From NCBI GenBank assembly GCA_046756925.1, contig JBHHXH010000001.1, positions 20,337-84,336 of the forward strand: a stretch of DNA of 64,000 bases, read 5' to 3'. The notes below the pieces were generated by a model that saw only the letters and a program-made list of their open reading frames with translations, was not told where the DNA came from and made no database searches. This document shows, in pieces, positions 1-9,206 of this stretch. Each line of letters opens with the position of its first letter. The first letter of the stretch is position 1. Both the position numbers and the translations under genes were made by a program. This DNA is from Nitrospiria bacterium (lineage in GTDB: Bacteria > Nitrospirota > Nitrospiria > SBBL01 > JAADHI01).

Positions 1-2
1 GC

Positions 3-1199
3 ATGGATTTCGAATCCGCGGCGCGCCTGCGCGACCAAATCGTCCGAGTGGAGCGAGCCTTGGAGAGGCAGCGCATTACCTCGGCCACGGCATTGAATCA
101 AGATGTGATCGGTCTGGCACAAGAAGACAACATGGCCGAGATCCACATTCTCTTTATTCGAGGTGGAAAAATGATCGGGAAGAAGGACTTTTTCTTCGAA
201 CGGCTGAGTGATATCTCGGATGAAGCCTTATGCACCGGTTTTATTCAGCAGTTTTATCACAAGGACGGACTCGTCCCACGCGAACTTCTGGTCCCCCGTC
301 CACTTCAAGACCATGCGATCTTGGAAACCTGGCTATCCGACCGGCGGGCAGGGACCGTTCGCCTTATCGTCCCACAGCGCGGAAAGAAGAAAGACCTCGT
401 GCGCTTGGCAAACGAAAATGCCGAAAACGGCTTGGCCGCTCGATTAAAGGTCCGCGCGGGCGGCGAAGCGGCATTGTTTTTGCTGAAGGAAATGTTGCAC
501 CTTCAGCACCTTCCGCGACGCATCGAAGGCTACGATATTTCGAATATCATGGGCGCCAGCGCGGTCGGTTCGATGGTCGTCTTTGAGGGAGGGCGGGAGA
601 AAAAATCGGATTATCGGCATTTTAAAATCAAAACGATCAAAGGGGCCAACGATTTCGGCATGATGGCGGAGGTCTTAAGCCGACGGTTTCAACATGCGCA
701 CACTTCTTCGGGCAAGGACGAAAAAACCGGGACGCGGCCCGATCTGATTTTAATCGACGGGGGAAAAGGACAACTTTCGGCGGTACAAGGCGTCCTCAAG
801 CAACTGGGAATCGACGGTGTCGATTTGATCGGACTGGCCAAGGAACGGGGTGAGCGTTACGAACGCGTTTACCTGCCGAACGCGGCCGAACCCTTTGAAC
901 TTCCGGTCGGCGATCCCGCAACCCACTTGCTGGTGCGGGTGCGGAACGAGGCGCACCGCTTCGCCGTCACCTATCATCGAAAGGTGCGCAACAAGGCCAT
1001 GCTGGCGACACCGCTTGAGCGTATTGAAGGACTGGGTCCGGTCCGAAGACGGGCGCTTTTGAAGCAATTCGGGAGCCTCAAAAACATTCGAGAGGCCGGG
1101 TTGGACGCCCTGGAAACCACTCCGAAGATGAACAAGAAAATCGCTAGATCGGTCTTCGATGCTTTACGGGACAATTCACTCATCAAAAAAAATTCGTAA
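3..1199 (+). CDS. uvrC: Excinuclease ABC subunit C (UvrC), C-terminal ~400 aa; the 5' end lies outside the window
   Basis: ORF is open at the window edge. UVR-domain motif FESAARLRDQI, endonuclease core (IEGYDISNIMG) and C-terminal helix-hairpin-helix (IEGLGPVRRRALLKQFGSL). Confidence 0.9.
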   Translation: MDFESAARLRDQIVRVERALERQRITSATALNQDVIGLAQEDNMAEIHILFIRGGKMIGKKDFFFERLSDISDEALCTGFIQQFYHKDGLVPRELLVPRPLQDHAILETWLSDRRAGTVRLIVPQRGKKKDLVRLANENAENGLAARLKVRAGGEAALFLLKEMLHLQHLPRRIEGYDISNIMGASAVGSMVVFEGGREKKSDYRHFKIKTIKGANDFGMMAEVLSRRFQHAHTSSGKDEKTGTRPDLILIDGGKGQLSAVQGVLKQLGIDGVDLIGLAKERGERYERVYLPNAAEPFELPVGDPATHLLVRVRNEAHRFAVTYHRKVRNKAMLATPLERIEGLGPVRRRALLKQFGSLKNIREAGLDALETTPKMNKKIARSVFDALRDNSLIKKNS

Positions 1200-1357
1200 G
1201 ATTTTAGAGAATGGTTTTATAACCGTGTAGAAGGCATGACCACGATCCGACCACCGATTTCCGTTTTGAAAGCCGCTCCCCAATCATCGATCCCGACTTG
1301 ACACCTTCTCCCCTCTGACGCCATAATGAAACATTGGAATCTAGGATCTAGTACCGG

Positions 1358-1870
1358 ATGCGCCACATTATTTCCGTTTCAATCCTTGCCATTCTCCTTG
1401 TACTGCCCTTTCATTACGAAGCGGCACTGGGGGATGAATTCGGGCGCAATGGCAACCTCATCATCCTCATTCAATCGAACAAGCCCCAGTACGAAATCGG
1501 CGAGCCGATTCTCATCACCGCTTCCCTAAGAAACCACACCGATCAACCGCTCTTCGTCAATCAACTGTCGCACCCCTCAACCGGTCTCGAATGGGAATTG
1601 ATTTACGATGGCTTCGGTCCCGTACCCGTCAAGATCTTTCCCCCCGTCGTCCTCAAGAAGGAGGATTTCATCCGACTGGATGTCAGCGAAGAACTGGTCC
1701 GCGTCCTTCCGGAACTGAACGAGATCGTCTCGACGCCCCTGAAGGCCGGCCGCTATGCCTTAAGACTGACCTACCAGAACAAGGAAAAAATCCAAGGAGA
1801 TGAAACCTGGACCGGCGTGATTATCACCAACCTGCTCTGGTTCGAGGTGAAAACGCCCGAAAAAATCTGA
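1358..1870 (+). CDS. Hypothetical secreted protein
   Basis: 170-aa ORF with an N-terminal hydrophobic signal-like segment (ISVSILAILLVLPF). No family recognised. Confidence 0.5.
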   Translation: MRHIISVSILAILLVLPFHYEAALGDEFGRNGNLIILIQSNKPQYEIGEPILITASLRNHTDQPLFVNQLSHPSTGLEWELIYDGFGPVPVKIFPPVVLKKEDFIRLDVSEELVRVLPELNEIVSTPLKAGRYALRLTYQNKEKIQGDETWTGVIITNLLWFEVKTPEKI

Positions 1871-1885
1871 GCCCTCTTAAAGTTT

Positions 1886-2806
1886 TTATCCGATGATCCG
1901 AAGCGGATTCGAGATTGCGGTCTGCAGTTCGCCGAGCTGTTGTTCGGCGTGGTAGGAACTTCTCACCAAAGGGCCGGATTCCACATGGCCCAGGCCCATG
2001 GCCTCTCCCCGTTTTTTGAGATCTAAAAATTCATCCGGTGGAATAAAGCGGGCAATCGGAAGATGTTTGGCCGTTGGTTGAAGATATTGTCCCAGGGTCA
2101 ATATGTCGCAGCCGATGGCCACCAAGTCGGCCATGACGCCTTCGACTTCCGCAATCATTTCGCCAATCCCCAACATCAAACCGGTTTTCGTCCGCAGGCC
2201 CGTTTGTTTGGCGCGTTCCAACACATCCAGTGAACGTCGGTACTGCGCCTGGGGCCGGACAAGACGATACAACGAAGGCACTGTTTCGATGTTGTGCGCG
2301 AGGATGTCAGGCCGTGCATCGAAGACCTTGTCGAGTGCGGCCCGCTTCCCCTGAAAATCCGGAATGAGAACCTCAATCCCGCAATGGGACGCGTGCGCTC
2401 GAATCTTGGTGATCGTCTCGGCAAAGATCTCAGCCCCGCCGTTTTCTAATTCGTCCCGGTTGACCGAAGTAATGACGGTATGGCCCAATCCGAGCTTGCT
2501 GACTGCTTCGGCGACATGGGACGGTTCCTCTAAATCCAAAGGTCCGGGCTGGCCGAGTTTTACCGCACAAAAGCCGCAACTGCGCGTACAGATCTCTCCA
2601 AGGATCATAAAGGTTGCCGTCCCTGCGTTCCAGCATTCCCAGATGTTCGGGCACTGGGCCTCCTCGCAAACCGTGTGTAGCTGCAATGCATTCGTGAGGC
2701 GTCGAATCTTTAAGAAGCGTTCGCCGGTCTGCGGCTTCACCTTGAACCAGACGGGCAGGCGTTCTGTGCGTTTTTTTGGCGGAGTTTTAAAATGTTGTTC
2801 AGGCAT
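1886..2806 (-). CDS. lipA: Lipoyl synthase
   Basis: Radical-SAM motif CTRSCGFCAV plus the auxiliary-cluster motif CEEAQCPNIWEC. Length is typical at 306 aa. Confidence 0.92.
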   Translation of the reverse strand: MPEQHFKTPPKKRTERLPVWFKVKPQTGERFLKIRRLTNALQLHTVCEEAQCPNIWECWNAGTATFMILGEICTRSCGFCAVKLGQPGPLDLEEPSHVAEAVSKLGLGHTVITSVNRDELENGGAEIFAETITKIRAHASHCGIEVLIPDFQGKRAALDKVFDARPDILAHNIETVPSLYRLVRPQAQYRRSLDVLERAKQTGLRTKTGLMLGIGEMIAEVEGVMADLVAIGCDILTLGQYLQPTAKHLPIARFIPPDEFLDLKKRGEAMGLGHVESGPLVRSSYHAEQQLGELQTAISNPLRIIG

Positions 2807-3262
2807 GGTTATGGTTTAAGTTGTTTTATTTTGTTAAGAATCCGGAGATTGCAATCAAGCCGCGGTATCGGCGTTATGATGCATATCATCATCAATAGCC
2901 TATCAACTGCATCCTTGTTCGTAAAGTCCTCTATGACTTTATATTTATCTTGCCATATCTGTTAACGAAGATGAGGCCTATATTCTGGTCTTCTCCGTCA
3001 TACTTATTAAGCCCATTACTCAAGCCTGAACCTTTCTAATACAAAAATCTTGACTTCCAGAGGGTTGTCATGTAGCTTTCGGATCGGGAAATCCCTCCTG
3101 TATAAAGCGCTTCCTTCGTCTATGTGAGGCTGCTTTTGGCGCTACGGGAGGGACACGGAGATGGAAGCAAAAAATCCTACGGCATGAAATACCGCTTGTT
3201 CATCAAGAAAACTGTATTCTGTCAATATTGAAAACCCTGCAAGTGACGAGAACGCCCTGCCG

Positions 3263-3982
3263 ATGCATCAAATAAGCCCAAAAGACAGAATTATTTTGCC
3301 GCTCGATTTTAATTCTGCGGAACGCGCGCTCGAAGTTGTAGACGAATTAAAGGACGACATTGGCATGTTCAAAATTGGACTCACGCTATTTATGTCCGCT
3401 GGCATGGAAATCGTCGAAAAAATACAAGAGAAGGTGGGGGGAGACAAGGTGTTCCTGGATATCAAATTTGGCGATATCCCTCATACCGTGGGCGGTGTTT
3501 CATCCGTCGTCGTCGATAAGACGCATGTAAAATTTTTTACCGTTGATTCTCAATATGGCGAGAGAGTCCTAAAATCCGCCGTCGACGCGATGCAAAACGG
3601 GACCAAGGTGCTTGCCGTGACCATTCTGACCAGTCTGTCTCAAGAAGAATCGGAAGGTTTGGGGTATTCCATGTCCGTTAAGGAACGTGTGCTCAGCCGC
3701 GCAGACCTGGCTCATAAGGCGGGTTGTGCCGGCGTCGTTTGCTCGGGTCATGAGGCCCGCGCAGTTAAGAAAAAATACGGCAAAGATTTCATCGTTGTCA
3801 CGCCCGGCATAAGGCCTGTTTTTATCCCGATTCCAAACGATGATCAACGGCGCATCATGACACCCGGCGAAGCCATAAAAAATGGATCCGACTATCTCGT
3901 GATTGGCCGGCCCATTATTTATAGTCCCAATATGCGCGAAACAGTAAAAAGGATCGTTGAAGAAATAGAAACAGCGCTTTAA
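3263..3982 (+). CDS. pyrF: Orotidine 5'-phosphate decarboxylase
   Basis: Motifs ILPLDF, DIKFGDIPHTV and VIGRPI. 239 aa. Confidence 0.85.
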   Translation: MHQISPKDRIILPLDFNSAERALEVVDELKDDIGMFKIGLTLFMSAGMEIVEKIQEKVGGDKVFLDIKFGDIPHTVGGVSSVVVDKTHVKFFTVDSQYGERVLKSAVDAMQNGTKVLAVTILTSLSQEESEGLGYSMSVKERVLSRADLAHKAGCAGVVCSGHEARAVKKKYGKDFIVVTPGIRPVFIPIPNDDQRRIMTPGEAIKNGSDYLVIGRPIIYSPNMRETVKRIVEEIETAL

Positions 3983-4196
3983 CGCGATGGCTACTTTTTA
4001 CCCCCGCCCAAAACTACAAATTCTCTCAGGCGATTATGGCGTTGATTCCACTTCTACTTTTATAAAGAGGTTGTGATCTTCTCTATGTCAGGATCTATTG
4101 CCGTTACCAGCCCTTCTGATTATTCCGAACATTGATCCCACGCAAAGTTACACCAGAAGGGAGGCTAAGGCGAACCGCCACTTCCGCACTTGGAAC

Positions 4197-5597
4197 TCAA
4201 GAATGAATCGCCTCGCCGAAGAGGGCGCCGCCGGCTTCCATGACGGCTTCGCTGAGGGTGGGGTGGGGGTGGATGCTTAGCTTGAGTTCGGCGCCGGTCG
4301 ATTCGAGGGTCTGGGCGAGGACGAATTCGCCGATGAGCTCCGTCGCCTCCGCCCCGATGATGTGTGCGCCTAAAATCTCGCCGTATTTTTCATCGGTAAC
4401 GATCTTCACGAAGCCTTCGGGTTCGCCGAGGGCGAGGGCCTTGCCGTTGGCGCTCAAGGGGAACTTTGCGACTTTTACTGCATAGCCCGCCTCCTTTGCC
4501 TTTGCTTCGGTCAAACCGATGGAGGCCACTTGCGGATGGCAGTAGACGGCGCTGGGGACGCTCTGTAGTTCGATAGGTGTCCGCTCAATACCGGCCAAGG
4601 TTTCGACGACAAAGACCCCCTGTGCCATCGCGCCGTGCGCCAAGGCTGGACGGCTGCAGACATCGCCGATGGCAAAAATGTTGGATTTGTTCGTCCGCAT
4701 CCCTTCGTCGACTTGAATCAACTTCGTCTTTTCGTCCACGGCCACACCGACGGTTTCCAAACCGATCCCGTCGACATTTGGCGCGCGCCCGACAGCGACG
4801 AGGATCACTTCGGCCTCGCGTGTTTCCGTTTCTCCCTTTGAAGGCTTCACTTCGATTTCGAAAACACCGTCTTGATCTTTCGCGGATGCCACCGCCGTGT
4901 TCGTTAAGATATCGATCTTCCGTTTTTTAAAGGAGCGTTCGAGGAGTTTCGAAACCTCCACATCTTCGAGCGGCAGCAGGTTGGGGAGTATTTCCACAAT
5001 CGTGACTGGCACGCCGTAGGCCGAGTAGATATAGGCGAACTCGCAGCCGATGGCGCCGCCGCCAACGATGAGGACGGATTTCGGGAGCTCCCTTCGCAGG
5101 AGGGCCTCGTCGCTGGTAATGATGCGCTTGCCGTCGATTTGAAGATGGGGCAGGCCGCGCACCCGGCTGCCGGTTGAGATGACAATCGACTTTCCACGGA
5201 GGGTCCAGGTTCCGCCTTCTCCTTTGACTTCGATGGTGTTTGGTGCAGTGAGTTTTCCGAAGCCGGCGTGGATCTCGACGCCCTGCTTTTTCACTAAGTG
5301 CGTGACGCCTTTGTGGAGTTTGTTGAGGACTTCTTGACTGCGGTCAATGGCCGCGCCGAAATCGGCCCGGACGTTTTCGACCTGGATGCCGAACTTTTCG
5401 GACTCCCGGATCAAGGACAGGACTTCGGCGTTGCGGATGATGGCCTTCGAGGGGATGCAGCCGTGGTGCAGGCAGGTGCCGCCGACGGCCTCTTTTTCGA
5501 TGACGGCGACCTTCATCCCAAGCTGTCCCGCTCGGATGGCCGCGACATAACCGCCCGGCCCGCCACCGAGGATTAAGAGGTCGTATTCTTTTTCCAT
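4197..5597 (-). CDS. lpd: Dihydrolipoyl dehydrogenase (E3)
   Basis: FAD-binding GGGPGG, redox-active disulfide GGTCLHHGCIPSK and C-terminal HPHPTLSE. It is the last gene of the dehydrogenase operon. Confidence 0.92.
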   Translation of the reverse strand: MEKEYDLLILGGGPGGYVAAIRAGQLGMKVAVIEKEAVGGTCLHHGCIPSKAIIRNAEVLSLIRESEKFGIQVENVRADFGAAIDRSQEVLNKLHKGVTHLVKKQGVEIHAGFGKLTAPNTIEVKGEGGTWTLRGKSIVISTGSRVRGLPHLQIDGKRIITSDEALLRRELPKSVLIVGGGAIGCEFAYIYSAYGVPVTIVEILPNLLPLEDVEVSKLLERSFKKRKIDILTNTAVASAKDQDGVFEIEVKPSKGETETREAEVILVAVGRAPNVDGIGLETVGVAVDEKTKLIQVDEGMRTNKSNIFAIGDVCSRPALAHGAMAQGVFVVETLAGIERTPIELQSVPSAVYCHPQVASIGLTEAKAKEAGYAVKVAKFPLSANGKALALGEPEGFVKIVTDEKYGEILGAHIIGAEATELIGEFVLAQTLESTGAELKLSIHPHPTLSEAVMEAGGALFGEAIHS

Positions 5598-5618
5598 TTC
5601 ACTTTTCTCTTTTTTGTT

Positions 5619-5707
5619 ATTCCGGCCTTGAGCCGGAATCCAGAAAAATCAAAAACGAATTCAAGACCTGTGCGTCATGCCGGACGCGATCCGGCATGAC
5701 GCACAGG
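5619..5707 (-). other. Two intercistronic inverted repeats between the E2 stop and the lpd start: an 8-bp stem at 5619-5639 and a perfect 18-bp stem at 5667-5707
   Basis: ATTCCGGC-cttga-GCCGGAAT and CCTGTGCGTCATGCCGGA-cgcga-TCCGGCATGACGCACAGG, read directly from the sequence. Function is unknown. Confidence 0.6.
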
Positions 5708-5711
5708 TGCA

Positions 5712-7001
5712 TTACATCGCCAGGCTCAATGGATTTTCCATCGTCCGTTTCAAGACCTTTAAAAACTCGGCGGCCTGAAGGCCGTCGGCGATCCGGTGAT
5801 CGGTCGAGAGCGTCACTTTCATGATATGGCCGATGGCAATTTCTCCATTTGAAACGACCGGTTTTTCGATGATGGACCCGATGGCCAAGACCGCCGCCTC
5901 CGGCGGGGTGATGATGGCGCTGAAGGACTCCACGTCGTACATGCCGAGATTCGAGATGCTGAAGACCGCGCCGGTGTATTCCTCCGGTTTGAGTTTTTTA
6001 ACCCGCGCCCGCGCGACTTTGTCTTTCACTTCCGCTGAAATTTGACTCAGGGTAAGTTGATCGCAGTTCCGGATCACCGCCGTAATCACGCCTTCGGGCA
6101 GGCCGATGGCCAGGCCGATGTCAACGGTCTGGGAAACCTTGAGATGGTCGCCCCCATAGCTCGAACGAAAGGCGGGGAACTTCCGCAGTGTCAGTGCAGT
6201 TCCTTTGATAAAAAGATCGCTCAAAGAGGGCTTTGGCTCTTCACCGTCTTTTCCAAGGGCGTCGCGGAGGGGAAGGACCTTGCCCATGTCGATTTCGGAG
6301 GTCACATAAAAATGCGGTACGGGGGCCTTGCTCTGGCTCATCCGCTTGGCAATGGCCTTGCGCAGCTGGGTTAATTCGACCCGTTCCGCTTCGCTCAGAG
6401 GGGCAGCAGCCTGAGGCCTCAGAGGAAGAGTGTCGAAGCCTTCCAAGTCGCGTTGAATGATTCTGCCGCCGGGACCGCTGCCTTTGATCCGACTTAGATC
6501 GATGTGCCGTTCCGCTGCGATCTTTTTGGCCAGGGGCGAGGCCTTGATCTCGCTGTCCATTTGTCCCATGGATACGGACGGGTCTGGTGTCCCTTCGGTT
6601 TGCATCTTCGCTTCTTCCGCGCCATTTCTTGGGACGGGCGCAGACGTTTCGGCGGCCTTGTCTTCCGTTTTTTCTTGCACCGGGGTGGCAGGGGCTCCAC
6701 TTTCGCCGGCTTTACGGGTCCGTGGCATGGTCTCCTTTTTGAGCAGGGCCGTGATGTCTTCGTCGTCCCGCGCGATCAAAGCGATAAGGTCGCCGGAGGG
6801 CACGATGTGGCCGGGCGGGACGAGGATTTTTTTGAGGGTGCCGGAGGCAAAGGCCTCGAGGTCCATCACGGCCTTGTCGGTTTCGACCTCGGCGATGGGG
6901 TCGCCGCTTTCGACGGCATCGCCCTCTTTTTTATACCATTGGAGAAGGACCCCCTCTTCCATGGTATCGGTCAACTTTGGCATCACCACGCGGTTGGCCA
7001 T
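5712..7001 (-). CDS. pdhC: Dihydrolipoamide acyltransferase (E2) of a pyruvate-type 2-oxoacid dehydrogenase complex
   Basis: Lipoyl domain (EVETDKAV), E3-binding domain (ASPLAKKIAAERHIDL) and catalytic motif DHRIADG. Confidence 0.9.
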   Translation of the reverse strand: MANRVVMPKLTDTMEEGVLLQWYKKEGDAVESGDPIAEVETDKAVMDLEAFASGTLKKILVPPGHIVPSGDLIALIARDDEDITALLKKETMPRTRKAGESGAPATPVQEKTEDKAAETSAPVPRNGAEEAKMQTEGTPDPSVSMGQMDSEIKASPLAKKIAAERHIDLSRIKGSGPGGRIIQRDLEGFDTLPLRPQAAAPLSEAERVELTQLRKAIAKRMSQSKAPVPHFYVTSEIDMGKVLPLRDALGKDGEEPKPSLSDLFIKGTALTLRKFPAFRSSYGGDHLKVSQTVDIGLAIGLPEGVITAVIRNCDQLTLSQISAEVKDKVARARVKKLKPEEYTGAVFSISNLGMYDVESFSAIITPPEAAVLAIGSIIEKPVVSNGEIAIGHIMKVTLSTDHRIADGLQAAEFLKVLKRTMENPLSLAM

Positions 7002-7013
7002 GGCATCATCCTC

Positions 7014-7994
7014 TTATTCGAGATACAGGACTTTCTTGACGGCGGCGATAATTTTTTCGGGCGAAAGCAAGGCCGCTTCTTCGATGTTCTTCGCATAGGG
7101 AATGGGGCAGTCCTCGCCGCAGACCCGCTCGATGGGCGCGTCGAGATCGTCCAAGGCCCCGTGATAAATCCGATCCGAGATCTGGGCGCTGACGCCGCCG
7201 TAGGGCCAGGCCTCTTCGACGATTACCACGCGATGGGTTTTTCGAACGGACGATAAAATCGTTTCGATGTCGAGCGGCCGCAGGGTGCGAGGATCGACCA
7301 CCTCCGCATCGATGCCTTCCTTGGTCAAGATCTCCGCGGTTTGCAGACACAAAAGCAACATCTTCGACCAGGCAATCAAGGTCACGTCTTTGCCTTCCCG
7401 TTTGATGTCGGCCTGGCCGATGGGGATCGTGTAGTCGCCTTCGGGGACGTTCCCTTTCGTCCCGTAAAGCGCTTGAGCCTCGAAACAAATCACCGGGTTG
7501 TCGTCGCGGATGGCCGATTTTAAAAGTCCCTTGGCGTCCTTGGGCGTCGAAGGGGCGATGGCCTTGAGGCCGGGGATGTGGCAGTAGAGCGATTCGAGGC
7601 TTTGGCTGTGCTGTGCCGCGAGGCGTTTGGCCGAGCCGTTCGGGCCGCGAAACACCATCGGCACCTTCAACTGCCCGCCCGACATCGAACGCAGCTTGGT
7701 GGCATTGTTGATGATTTGATCCAAGGCGAGGATGGCGAAGTTGAAGGTCATCATTTCGATGATGGGCCTTAAGCCCACCATGGCCGCACCCACGCCGACG
7801 CCGGTGAAGCCCGCCTCCGTAATCGGGGTATCGACCACGCGCATCGGACCGAATTCCTTCAGCATCCCTTTGCTGACCTTGAAAGCGCCGTCGTAAAAAC
7901 CGACCTCTTCTCCCATCAAAAAGATCGAGGGGTCACGGCGCATCTCTTCCGTCATGGCTTGATTCAAAGCTTCGCGGTAGGCAAGGGTTGGCAT
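7014..7994 (-). CDS. pdhB: 2-oxoacid dehydrogenase E1 beta subunit
   Basis: Typical E1-beta N-terminus (REALNQAMTEEM...FLMGEEVG) with transketolase-like domains. 326 aa. Confidence 0.9.
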   Translation of the reverse strand: MPTLAYREALNQAMTEEMRRDPSIFLMGEEVGFYDGAFKVSKGMLKEFGPMRVVDTPITEAGFTGVGVGAAMVGLRPIIEMMTFNFAILALDQIINNATKLRSMSGGQLKVPMVFRGPNGSAKRLAAQHSQSLESLYCHIPGLKAIAPSTPKDAKGLLKSAIRDDNPVICFEAQALYGTKGNVPEGDYTIPIGQADIKREGKDVTLIAWSKMLLLCLQTAEILTKEGIDAEVVDPRTLRPLDIETILSSVRKTHRVVIVEEAWPYGGVSAQISDRIYHGALDDLDAPIERVCGEDCPIPYAKNIEEAALLSPEKIIAAVKKVLYLE

Positions 7995-8003
7995 TCGTTT
8001 TTC

Positions 8004-8999
8004 CTAGTCTACGTAGACGTCTTCGGTCAATGACGAGAGAGGCGGATCGGGGCTTTCGTCCGCGAATTTTACCGCGTCTTGGATGATGCCGTCGATCTCG
8101 TCTTCCATCTTGCGAAGGGCCTTTTCATCGATTTGTTTTTCTTCAAGCAGCCGGTTCTTCAGCCTTTGAATCGGGTCCTTGCATTTCTGCGCGTCAATCT
8201 CTTCCTTGGTGCGATAATGGCCGTGGGCCGGATCGGACATGGAGTGCCCCATGTAACGATAGGTTTGGGCCTCGATGAAGATGGGCCGTTTCGAGGCCCG
8301 GACCCCTTTGATAATCCGTTCCATGTGTTTGTAGGTTTCGAGGATGTTCATGCCGTCGAGATGATGAAAGGGCATGTTGTAGGCCCGTGCAGCATGGGCG
8401 ATGTCGTAAAGGGCCGAGGCGCGTTCAACCGGCGTGCCCATGCCGAAGCGGTTGTTCTCGCAGATGAAGATCACCGGCAGCCGCCAGAGGGCCGCGAGGT
8501 TGAGCGATTCGTGGAAGGCCCCGGTCGGCACCGCCCCTTCACCGAAAAAACACAGTACCACCTGATCGCGCCTTTCGTACTTGATCGCAAAGCCCATGCC
8601 CGTGGCCAAGGCGATGTGACCGCCGACGATCCCGTGCCCGCCCATGAAATGGCGGGAGACATCGAAAAGGTGCATCGACCCGCCCTTGCCCTTGGATACC
8701 CCCGTGGCCTTGCCAAAGAGCTCGGCCATGATGCGCTTGGGTTCCACGCCGCGCGCCAGTGCATGTCCATGATCGCGATAGGTCGAAATGACGTAGTCGT
8801 CTTCCCGCGCGGCCCCGATAGCCCCCACGGCGACCGCCTCTTCGCCGATGTAGAGATGACAGAAACCCGCGATCTTGGCCAAGGCATACATCTCGGCGGT
8901 CTTCTCTTCGAAGCGGCGGATCAATATCGCCGTTCGTAGGAGGCTGCGGAAATCGATGTGATCGCTCTGGCTTTTTGGGTCTGCTTTTGTTTTGGGCAT
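8004..8999 (-). CDS. pdhA: 2-oxoacid dehydrogenase E1 alpha subunit (TPP-dependent)
   Basis: TPP-binding region FFGEGAVPTGAFHESLNLAALWRLPVIFICENNRFGMGT. I trimmed the track start at 9071 to the ATG at 8999 (MPKTKAD...). Confidence 0.88.
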   Translation of the reverse strand: MPKTKADPKSQSDHIDFRSLLRTAILIRRFEEKTAEMYALAKIAGFCHLYIGEEAVAVGAIGAAREDDYVISTYRDHGHALARGVEPKRIMAELFGKATGVSKGKGGSMHLFDVSRHFMGGHGIVGGHIALATGMGFAIKYERRDQVVLCFFGEGAVPTGAFHESLNLAALWRLPVIFICENNRFGMGTPVERASALYDIAHAARAYNMPFHHLDGMNILETYKHMERIIKGVRASKRPIFIEAQTYRYMGHSMSDPAHGHYRTKEEIDAQKCKDPIQRLKNRLLEEKQIDEKALRKMEDEIDGIIQDAVKFADESPDPPLSSLTEDVYVD

Positions 9000-9206
9000 T
9001 AGATAGTGAAATGTACAGATATTGGATATCAATCTTAACATCGGATTTCCGAAAAAGCAAAGCAGGATCACCCTGAGAAGACCGCATTCATTGACCGGTG
9101 TTGGGACAGGAGGGTATACTCGCGGCGATTCGTTTTTTAGGGGAAAATCGTTAGATCAAAGGGTGAATTTAAAGATTTTATTTTTCGATTTGAAAGCTAA
9201 AACAAT

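Noticed and set aside
1-30. A tRNA T-arm-like string, GGATTTCGAATCC, at the window start
   Set aside because: It lies inside the uvrC reading frame (MDFESAA...). No acceptor, D or anticodon arms can be built around it. I found no tRNA-like cloverleaf elsewhere in the window.
3051-3070. A PyrR-binding-loop-like sequence (TGAC-TTCCAGAGGGT-TGTCA, resembling UCCAGAGAGG) about 200 nt upstream of pyrF
   Set aside because: It lacks one nucleotide of the conserved motif and has only a 4-bp flanking stem. No downstream terminator/antiterminator pair is visible. The 456-bp lipA/pyrF spacer remains unexplained, but I cannot support a PyrR attenuator.
5821-8939. Plus-strand ORFs of 110-286 aa antisense to the pdh operon (for example 6504-7256 and 8079-8939)
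   Set aside because: Same reasoning. The E1 and E2 genes on the minus strand are clearly real, and the antisense products have no recognisable features.
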